The translations under genes were made by a program, and so were the position numbers. The notes under the pieces are model-generated. The model was not told where the DNA came from and searched no databases. It saw only the letters and a list, made by a program, of their open reading frames with translations. Below are positions 17,092-24,281 of a stretch of 34,935 bases of DNA, piece after piece. Source of the stretch: a virus (taxonomy: Duplodnaviria; Caudoviricetes); IMG/VR virus record IMGVR_UViG_3300044724_007490, positions 1 through 34,935 of that record; one strand, given 5' to 3'. How positions within the stretch are numbered: the first letter of the stretch is position 1; every line of letters begins with the position of its first letter.

Positions 17092-18010
17092 AGTTGTTAA
17101 ATTAGAATATAACAACCCTGCATTTCAAGCAGAGGTTGAGTGGGATATAACTCAGCGTTGTAACTATAATTGTAGTTATTGTGCAAGTTATAGCACCACT
17201 CAACCTTTTTATTTTAGACCTTTAGAAGAGTATATATCTTCTTTTGAGTATTTAAGATCTTATTTTGGAAATAAAAGAATAAGATTAACTTTTTTAGGGG
17301 GCGAGCCTACTCTATATAAGCTATGGCCTGAGTTAATTAATTGGTTACATGAAAATAATTTTGTGCCGCACCTAACAACTAATTTATCTGTTCCTGTTGA
17401 AAGATATATCCATAGATTAGCTAATATCACACCCTTCATATCAGCAAGTTTTCACCCAGAATACGCAGATAAGACAGAGTTTATAAGAAACATTATAGCA
17501 CTGAAACATAAAAACTTACTAGTAGGCGTTAATGTATTAGGTCTTAAAGAAAGTTGGGATTACTGTGTACAAGTTTTTAATGAATTAAATAAAATTACAC
17601 ACACAGGAATGACTAGAATAAAAAATGAATTTACAAATACTCTTAGTATTGCAAATGATTTCATAGAATACACAAGTGATCAAGAAAAATATTTTAGTAA
17701 AAAAGATCAAACAGATGAGTTTATGACCGTAACTCTTGATAATGAAGAAATAATACATCCATCAATTAATGCTATAAGATCTTCAAGCATGAGAAACTTT
17801 AAAGGTATGAATTGTGAAATAGGGCAAACGAGGATTCATATCAAGCCTAATGGGGATGTCTATCCTAGTGCTTGTATGTTAAACTATCCTAAAGCTGTCA
17901 TGGGAAATATTTATAAAAAGAATATAAAGAAAGTAACTAAAGAAGTTATATGTCCTTACGTAATGTGCGCCTGCGGTCCTGATATAAGAATAAAAAAGAC
18001 ACAAATATGA
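17084..18010 (+). CDS. Radical SAM enzyme with a C-terminal SPASM/twitch-like domain
   Basis: CX3CX2C 'CNYNCSYC', 'GGEP', 'TTN' and C-terminal 'CEIG...GDVYPSAC...CPYVMCACGPD'. Confidence 0.9.
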   Translation: MVKVVKLEYNNPAFQAEVEWDITQRCNYNCSYCASYSTTQPFYFRPLEEYISSFEYLRSYFGNKRIRLTFLGGEPTLYKLWPELINWLHENNFVPHLTTNLSVPVERYIHRLANITPFISASFHPEYADKTEFIRNIIALKHKNLLVGVNVLGLKESWDYCVQVFNELNKITHTGMTRIKNEFTNTLSIANDFIEYTSDQEKYFSKKDQTDEFMTVTLDNEEIIHPSINAIRSSSMRNFKGMNCEIGQTRIHIKPNGDVYPSACMLNYPKAVMGNIYKKNIKKVTKEVICPYVMCACGPDIRIKKTQI

Positions 18011-18019
18011 CGTACTACT

Positions 18020-18132
18020 AAAACTGCGGAACTACGTTCCACGCTGCGGCACTCCGTGCCGGCGCTAACAAACATATGTTCAAGCCTTGTTCAATAGCTA
18101 TTCACCTACGGTGTAACTCTGTTCACTAGCTA
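18020..18132 (-). other. Structured non-coding element: candidate replication origin and/or antisense small RNA
   Basis: Three triloop hairpins (18028-18040, 18047-18061, 18103-18113), two 10-bp palindromes (18071-18080, 18093-18102) and phased TGTTCA repeats. On the minus strand it has an upstream promoter and ends in hairpin + UUUU. Confidence 0.5.
18077..18125. repeat. Phased T(G/A)TTCA direct repeats (iteron-like)
   Basis: TGTTCA at 18077, TGTTCA at 18088, TATTCA at 18099 and TGTTCA at 18120, giving spacings of 11, 11 and 21 bp. Confidence 0.55.
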
Positions 18133-18138
18133 CAAACT

Positions 18139-18167
18139 AAATTAGCATACTTTTTGGAAAGGTGCAA
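18139..18167 (-). promoter_or_regulatory. Antisense sigma70-like promoter with extended -10
   Basis: The minus strand reads TTGCAC-N17-TAATTT with TGC immediately 5' of the -10. It points into the hairpin cluster. Confidence 0.55.
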
Positions 18168-18745
18168 TGAGTAAAATTTCACTATCAGAGATATACAATA
18201 ACGGATTGAATAAAGAAATAGCTGGAAATAATGATAAAGGCTCTATTCATTCTTACATCATGATATATGAAAAACTGCTATCTAGCTATCGCAGCTGTGC
18301 TTCAAAGTTTTTAGAAATTGGAGTAGCACAAGGCTATTCACTTCGTATGTGGAATGAGTATTTTAATGATCGATGTGAAGTAAAAGGAATTGATATCTCT
18401 AAAGCAAAGTTATGCGATAACTCTTTAGATGTAACTTTAGGAGACTCAAAAGATGCTATTTTGTGGCTTGATTGGGATAATTTTGATGTTATTATAGACG
18501 ATGGAGATCATAATTCAGAAGCACAAATGCAGACAGCTGAGATCTGGTTGCCTAAGATTACTGATACAGGAATTTATATAATTGAAGATGTTTCTTATTT
18601 GCATACCGATCTTTTAAAACAACTAATCGCTAAAACTGGTAAAACAGATTGGACGGTTGACGTATTTGACATGAGAGAACTAAAAAGTAGAGCTGACAAC
18701 GTGATGGTGGTAATAACTAAAAATGGTGTGAGTTATGAAAATTGA
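18167..18745 (+). CDS. Class I SAM O-methyltransferase (sugar O-methyltransferase / MycE-like)
   Basis: 'DKGSIHSY..IYE', 'LEIGVAQGYSLRMW.EYF', 'GIDI', 'DVIIDDGDH' and 'GIYIIEDV'. Confidence 0.8.
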   Translation: MSKISLSEIYNNGLNKEIAGNNDKGSIHSYIMIYEKLLSSYRSCASKFLEIGVAQGYSLRMWNEYFNDRCEVKGIDISKAKLCDNSLDVTLGDSKDAILWLDWDNFDVIIDDGDHNSEAQMQTAEIWLPKITDTGIYIIEDVSYLHTDLLKQLIAKTGKTDWTVDVFDMRELKSRADNVMVVITKNGVSYEN

Positions 18746-18748
18746 AGC

Positions 18749-20590
18749 ATGAAAACAATAAGCTTAATACAACCTAATTTTCAAATGAACAAATTCGGTA
18801 CTAGATTTTTCATTCCCTATTCTGCTGGAACAATTTGGGCATATCTAAAGAGCAACACTAGCGACGTTGAACTAAACCGTTTAGTTTTTATGCGTGAGCC
18901 GCTAGAAGAGTTAGCACAAACAATATGTAACGATACCTTAGTAGGTTTTTCATCCTATATCTGGAATCGTGAATACAATCTTGCTTTAGCTAAAAGGCTA
19001 AAAGAACTCAATCCTAATATTATTATAGTCTTTGGAGGTCCAGAGATGGAAATTTTAGACTTTGAGTTTTTTAGTAAATTTCCAATGATCGATATTCATG
19101 TGCTTAATGAGGGTGAGCTTACATTTAACGCGATATTAAACAATATAGATAATTGGGATGAAGTACCAAATATTATATATAATAGTAAGGGTAAAACTAT
19201 TGCAACAAAAGCAGCCTCCAGAATTATGAATTTAGAGCAGATCCCATCACCTTATTTAACTGGAGTATTTGATGATATTTTGAAAAAATACCCTGAGTAT
19301 ACTTTTGCTGCTGTTTTAGAAACTAATCGTGGTTGCCCGTATCAATGCACCTTTTGTGATTGGGGATCTCTCACATACAGTAAAATAAGAAAGTTTCCAC
19401 TTGAACGTGTATTTGCAGAACTTGAGTGGATATTTAATACTAGAAAAATAGATGAAATTGCACTAGCTGATGCTAACTTTGGTATATTTGTAGATCGTGA
19501 TGAACAAATTGTAGATAAATTTATAGAAGAATATCAAAAATCAAATCATAATATAGAATGGAAAGCTTCCTATGCTAAAAATCAAAACATTGCTGTCGTA
19601 AAAATGATGAAAAAATTAGCTGATAAAACAGATGCAGCTAAGAATTTGGGTGTGTCCCTGCAGACACTTACAGAAAATGTTTTATCTGATATAAAAAGAA
19701 AAAACCTTCATACAAATAAAATAAAAGAAATTTACGAAATAGCAAAAAGCAGTGATATGAACATTGTTGTTGAATTAATACTAGGACTACCCTCAGAAAC
19801 ACTAGAAAGCTTTAAACAAAGTTATTATGATCTATTTGATATCTCTCCTGAGATAACAATACAACAACACACTCTTGCAGGTTTAAATAATGCAGAGCTT
19901 ACATTAACAGGCCAAGGAGGAGTTAAATGGTCTGTGCAAGACTATGTTATAAACGAAGACTATGAAGGTGTAAGAGAAAAAATAAAAATAGTACATAGTA
20001 CTGATACAATGACTAATGACGATATTATCAAAGCTAATATATTTGCTAATATGATGATAGCTTTTCATTTTGGTGGGGTATCTAATATAGTATCAATCTA
20101 TGCAAACAAACAAGGCATATCATACGCACAGTTTTATAATGGATTTTATAAGTTTTTAGAAACTGATAATTATATTTCTAAATATAATAAAGAAGTAAAA
20201 AGTTGGTATAAGCTGTGGTATAAAACAGGAAAATGTCATCACAATCCTGTGCAAGAAGTGCTATTTGGATCAAACAATGATAAATATCATCTTTTAATAA
20301 AAATGCATTTTGAAGATCTTATAGATTACTTACTAAACTTAGTACAACAATATATAAAGTTTTTAGGCATCTATAACAAAGATATTATGAATATACAAAA
20401 ATTAATACCAATTAGGTTTAAAAAACAAAACGATTATCCTATTAATTTAAAGTATAATAATAAAAATATTAATATATATAAACTAAATAGCTCTGAAACT
20501 AATTTATTTTATTTTTTAAAAAATCTATACTTTGAAAGAGATGACTCTTTTGGAGTAGCAAAAGTAAAAGGACTTGAAGAATATCTATGA
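18749..20590 (+). CDS. Cobalamin-binding radical SAM enzyme (class B-like)
   Basis: N-terminal B12-binding Rossmann features ('PYSAG', 'VGFSSYIWN', 'VFGGPE', 'EGE'), then 'ETNRGCPYQCTFCDWG', 'DANFG' and 'ELILGLPSET'. Confidence 0.88.
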   Translation: MKTISLIQPNFQMNKFGTRFFIPYSAGTIWAYLKSNTSDVELNRLVFMREPLEELAQTICNDTLVGFSSYIWNREYNLALAKRLKELNPNIIIVFGGPEMEILDFEFFSKFPMIDIHVLNEGELTFNAILNNIDNWDEVPNIIYNSKGKTIATKAASRIMNLEQIPSPYLTGVFDDILKKYPEYTFAAVLETNRGCPYQCTFCDWGSLTYSKIRKFPLERVFAELEWIFNTRKIDEIALADANFGIFVDRDEQIVDKFIEEYQKSNHNIEWKASYAKNQNIAVVKMMKKLADKTDAAKNLGVSLQTLTENVLSDIKRKNLHTNKIKEIYEIAKSSDMNIVVELILGLPSETLESFKQSYYDLFDISPEITIQQHTLAGLNNAELTLTGQGGVKWSVQDYVINEDYEGVREKIKIVHSTDTMTNDDIIKANIFANMMIAFHFGGVSNIVSIYANKQGISYAQFYNGFYKFLETDNYISKYNKEVKSWYKLWYKTGKCHHNPVQEVLFGSNNDKYHLLIKMHFEDLIDYLLNLVQQYIKFLGIYNKDIMNIQKLIPIRFKKQNDYPINLKYNNKNINIYKLNSSETNLFYFLKNLYFERDDSFGVAKVKGLEEYL

Positions 20591-21549
20591 CAAAAATACT
20601 ATGTTCAGCCGACTGGCACATAATACTACATAAAAAGAAAGTTCCGTATGATTGGCAAGTTTCTAGATTTAAAGAGATGTTTCGGAAACTCATTGCTCTT
20701 GAACAGCGTTGTGATGTACACATTATTGCTGGGGACATATTTGATAAAAAACCAGAACCAGATGAAATCTGTCTGTTTTTAAGCTATATCAACTCAGTCA
20801 CAATTCCAACCTACATCATTCCTGGAAACCATGAAGCAACTAAGAAAGGAGAGTCGTTTTTTGAATACTTTACGCAAGAAAATGCAATCAAAAATGAAAA
20901 TGTACGCGTCTTCACTAGAAATGGAAATGCACGCGTTGGTAGCGCAAATTTTTGCTTCTTCCCATATGGCGAAATGCAAAAAGATAATGTCCCGCCTTAT
21001 GTTGGAGGCGAGATTCTTGTTACCCATATTCGTGGAGAGGTCAAGCCGCACATTACGCCAGAGTTTGATTTTGAGAGACTTAAAAGCTGGAAACTCATAC
21101 TGTTGGGCGACTTGCATTTTAACCATCGTTACGGTGATACAAATGCTTATTATCCTGGTTCTCCTTTAAACACAACATTTGACAGGGATGAAACTCGTCA
21201 ATATGGAGTAGATATTTATGACTATATAGACGATAGCAACTACTCTCGTGAGTTTTACGATCTTGATTTACCAAAACTTATCAGACGTAAAATTGGAGTG
21301 GGAGAAGAAATGAAGTCTGATCCTCGGCATCACGTAGTTTATGAGGTAGCTGGATCGCTAGATCAACTAGCTAAGATTGAAAATTCTGAACTACTAGATA
21401 AAAAGATGGTAGAAAAACCACAAGAAGACAGCACACTAGATCTCAAAAATAAAACACTGCATGAAGAGCTTGAGATATATCTTAACCACATAAAAGTATC
21501 AGATATAGACACCGTTCTTAATGAGTTTAAATCTTTAAATGTCAGTTGA
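20587..21549 (+). CDS. Recombination nuclease, T5 D12-like (SbcD/Mre11 metallophosphoesterase)
   Basis: 'ADWH', 'AGDIFD', 'PGNHE', 'THI', 'GDLH' and 'YPGSP'. Confidence 0.92.
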   Translation: MTKILCSADWHIILHKKKVPYDWQVSRFKEMFRKLIALEQRCDVHIIAGDIFDKKPEPDEICLFLSYINSVTIPTYIIPGNHEATKKGESFFEYFTQENAIKNENVRVFTRNGNARVGSANFCFFPYGEMQKDNVPPYVGGEILVTHIRGEVKPHITPEFDFERLKSWKLILLGDLHFNHRYGDTNAYYPGSPLNTTFDRDETRQYGVDIYDYIDDSNYSREFYDLDLPKLIRRKIGVGEEMKSDPRHHVVYEVAGSLDQLAKIENSELLDKKMVEKPQEDSTLDLKNKTLHEELEIYLNHIKVSDIDTVLNEFKSLNVS

Positions 21550-22453
21550 TCTTTCATTAAATCGTGTATATTGGCAATACATTCAAAATAAAACATATCT
21601 ACGTCCAAAACTTGACTATCTATGTTCAGCCATGATTCCTTCTATTGGTGTAAAAGCAACTGTTCCTATGTATTATCGCAGAAGTAATACGATTAAAGAA
21701 GATCTAGTATCGCTAGTAAAAAAGTTTGTAGAACGTTATCCTGACAATCGATATGTTATTTCACTAAGCGGTGGAATAGATTCAGAAGTAACAGCTGAAA
21801 CTTTCTATGAACTTGGTATACCATTCAGAGTACTAACTCTTAAGCTTTTTGAAGGATCTAATTATCACGATATTATGTGGTCTGTAAAATACTGTAAACA
21901 GCGTAAACTAAAACAAAAGATCATTAATTTATCTATAGATAAAATGCTTCAAGAGACTATACCAGAAGGTGTGCAGCACGGACAGTTCACTCATTCATAT
22001 TCTCAAATTGCGCTTACTGAACTTTTTAATCATGTAGATGAAGATGAAATATTAATCAACTCAGGTCACAATCCAGATTTTCATACGGAAATAGGTATCG
22101 GATGGTGGGAAGACTCACCTAATATAGTAAAGTATGCTATAGCTAAAAAACACAAATTCTTTACTTTTACCTCTCTTGAACCTGTATTTTGTCACTACGC
22201 TGCTAACTATGATAAAAATCAACCAGGAGACAAAGATAATGAGTTTTTATATAAAAGTTTTCCAACTCTAGAGCGTAGAGAAAAGCTAACAGGCTGGGAA
22301 CATAATAAAAACGTAATTGGACTATTACAAGATAGAATAAGATCTTGTGCAGCATACAAACATCAATCATTTATAACATGGGAAACATTCACTCTCGCTT
22401 ATATGAGAAAAGTTTTTGTTCAAAAAGGATTACAAGGAAAATACTATGAGTAA
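21539..22453 (+). CDS. PP-loop (adenine nucleotide alpha-hydrolase) family protein
   Basis: PP-loop 'VISLSGGIDSE'. It lacks the QueC C-terminal Cys cluster and has no glutaminase domain. Confidence 0.7.
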   Translation: MSVDLSLNRVYWQYIQNKTYLRPKLDYLCSAMIPSIGVKATVPMYYRRSNTIKEDLVSLVKKFVERYPDNRYVISLSGGIDSEVTAETFYELGIPFRVLTLKLFEGSNYHDIMWSVKYCKQRKLKQKIINLSIDKMLQETIPEGVQHGQFTHSYSQIALTELFNHVDEDEILINSGHNPDFHTEIGIGWWEDSPNIVKYAIAKKHKFFTFTSLEPVFCHYAANYDKNQPGDKDNEFLYKSFPTLERREKLTGWEHNKNVIGLLQDRIRSCAAYKHQSFITWETFTLAYMRKVFVQKGLQGKYYE

Positions 22454-24272
22454 TATCACACTTTCAAATTTGCAATTTTCAAATATGTTTTCATATGGAA
22501 AAGAAAATTCACTTGATTTAAATAACTCAAGAATAACTCAGCTTACGGCTCCGAACGGTAGTGGTAAGTCATCTATTGCAATGATTATACAAGAGATATT
22601 ATTTAATAAAAATGTTAAAGGAATTAAAAAAACAGATATCCTGAACAGATGGAGTAAAGATAAGCAATGGACTGGATTTTTAGAATTTGACATTGATGGA
22701 GCTAGTTACTCTGTTTCTGTACAGAGAAGCGGCGCTTCAACAAAAGTTCAATTGTTCAAAGCAGGTATTGATATCTCAGATCATAAGGTTTTAGATACTT
22801 ATAAAAAGATTCAAGAGCTATTAGGACTAAACTTTGAAATTTTTTCTCAACTGACATATCAATCATCAGTAGATCTATTAGAGTTTTTAAAGGCAACAGA
22901 TACTAATCGCAAAAAGTTTTTAATTAACTTATTCAATTTAGAAAAGTATATAACAATTGGTGATAAAATTAAAGTTCAAGCACAATCTATTGATAAAGAA
23001 TTTAATATTCAAAAAGGAGAGCTAAAATCTGTTGATGACTTTTTAAACTCTACTGTTATCCCAGAGAAAAAAGATTTTGCAAAAGTTGTAGAAATAGACC
23101 CCTCAATTCAACAGCGGATCGGAGTTCTAGAGCAAGAAGTTAAAAACTATAAACAAACTTGCATGAAGATTGATAAAAATAATATGTATAAAGATGAAAT
23201 AGCACAACTTACTTTTCATTCTGGTATGAAAAAACCTGAAGAGTTTAAATATTATGATGAATACCAAACTCTCAAAAGTGACTTAATAGTTTTAAGATCA
23301 CAGATTGAGGCAGACAAAAAAAGTTTAGATGATATAGACTTAACTGATGTCTGTCCCTCTTGTGGTCAACAAATGGATGTATCTCACTTAGAAAAGCTAA
23401 AAGAAGAGCTGTCTGAAAAGATACAAAAGTCTCAAGAAACGTATGATACAGCTATGATCAAAGCTTCTAAGTGGAGTTCTGAAATAACTGCTATCAATAA
23501 TGAGTTAAAAATATTTACACAGAACGAAGAAACAATCAAAAAATTTGAACAACTATCACAGCTTTTTGATAAATCTATTTCTTCAGAATATCCAAATATT
23601 GATCAGATTAATGCAGAGCTAGATGATTTAAATAACATATATCTAAAACAGATTAAAAAGGCCGAAGAAGATAATCGATATAATGAATCTATTGCTGCAC
23701 ACAATGCAAAGGTTGACGCTCTAACTGAACAAAAAAATGAATTTTTAATTAGACAGAAAAGTCTAAAAGATAGTATATTATCTAAATCAAATAAGATAAA
23801 TTCTTTAAATATTCTTAAAAAAGCTTTTTCTACCTCTGGAATTGTGGCTTTTAAATTAGAGAATTTAACTAAAGAATTAGAAGTTTCTATAAATTATTAC
23901 TTATCTTTATTGAGTGATGGTCAATTTCAAGTAGAGTTTGCTCTTGATAAAGAAAAGTTAAATATCTCCGTTATCAATAACGGTATTAGCACTCCTATCG
24001 AAACTGTATCAGGCGGTGAATTCAGTAGGATACAAACTTCTATACTTTTAGCTATAAGATCACTACTTTCAAAATTAGGTGGAAGTAGCATAAATCTTTT
24101 ATTCTTAGATGAGATTACTGGTGTATTAGATGACGAAGGTAAAGATAAGTTAATTGAAGTTTTACAAAGCGAACATGACTTAAATGTATTCTTAATTTCT
24201 CATGACTTTACACATCCATTAATCGATAAAATATCTATTGTTAAAAATGACAATATAAGCTCAATTCAGTAA
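22446..24272 (+). CDS. Recombination ATPase, T5 D13-like (SbcC/Rad50)
   Basis: Walker A 'APNGSGKSS', Q-loop 'YQ', coiled coil with zinc hook 'CPSC', signature 'VSGGE', Walker B 'LFLDE' and H-loop 'ISH'. The ATG at 22446 follows an AAGGA SD. Confidence 0.93.
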   Translation: MSNITLSNLQFSNMFSYGKENSLDLNNSRITQLTAPNGSGKSSIAMIIQEILFNKNVKGIKKTDILNRWSKDKQWTGFLEFDIDGASYSVSVQRSGASTKVQLFKAGIDISDHKVLDTYKKIQELLGLNFEIFSQLTYQSSVDLLEFLKATDTNRKKFLINLFNLEKYITIGDKIKVQAQSIDKEFNIQKGELKSVDDFLNSTVIPEKKDFAKVVEIDPSIQQRIGVLEQEVKNYKQTCMKIDKNNMYKDEIAQLTFHSGMKKPEEFKYYDEYQTLKSDLIVLRSQIEADKKSLDDIDLTDVCPSCGQQMDVSHLEKLKEELSEKIQKSQETYDTAMIKASKWSSEITAINNELKIFTQNEETIKKFEQLSQLFDKSISSEYPNIDQINAELDDLNNIYLKQIKKAEEDNRYNESIAAHNAKVDALTEQKNEFLIRQKSLKDSILSKSNKINSLNILKKAFSTSGIVAFKLENLTKELEVSINYYLSLLSDGQFQVEFALDKEKLNISVINNGISTPIETVSGGEFSRIQTSILLAIRSLLSKLGGSSINLLFLDEITGVLDDEGKDKLIEVLQSEHDLNVFLISHDFTHPLIDKISIVKNDNISSIQ

Positions 24273-24281
24273 GGCACAAAT

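Noticed and set aside
18011-18166. tRNA, CRISPR array or retron msr-msd interpretation of the hairpin island
   Set aside because: There is no cloverleaf or TTC T-loop in the right context, no repeat-spacer periodicity, and no reverse transcriptase or cas gene in the window.
2037-21169. Alternative-frame + strand ORFs 2037-2267, 6517-6744 and 20831-21169
   Set aside because: They are nested in stronger genes (SSS transporter, D5, D12) with no SD or recognisable motif.
21539-22453. QueC / 7-deazaguanine DNA modification pathway
   Set aside because: The PP-loop protein lacks the QueC zinc-binding cysteines, the radical SAM at 17084 has a twitch-like tail unlike QueE, and no folE, queD or dpdA is visible. 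Such genes cannot be excluded elsewhere in the genome.
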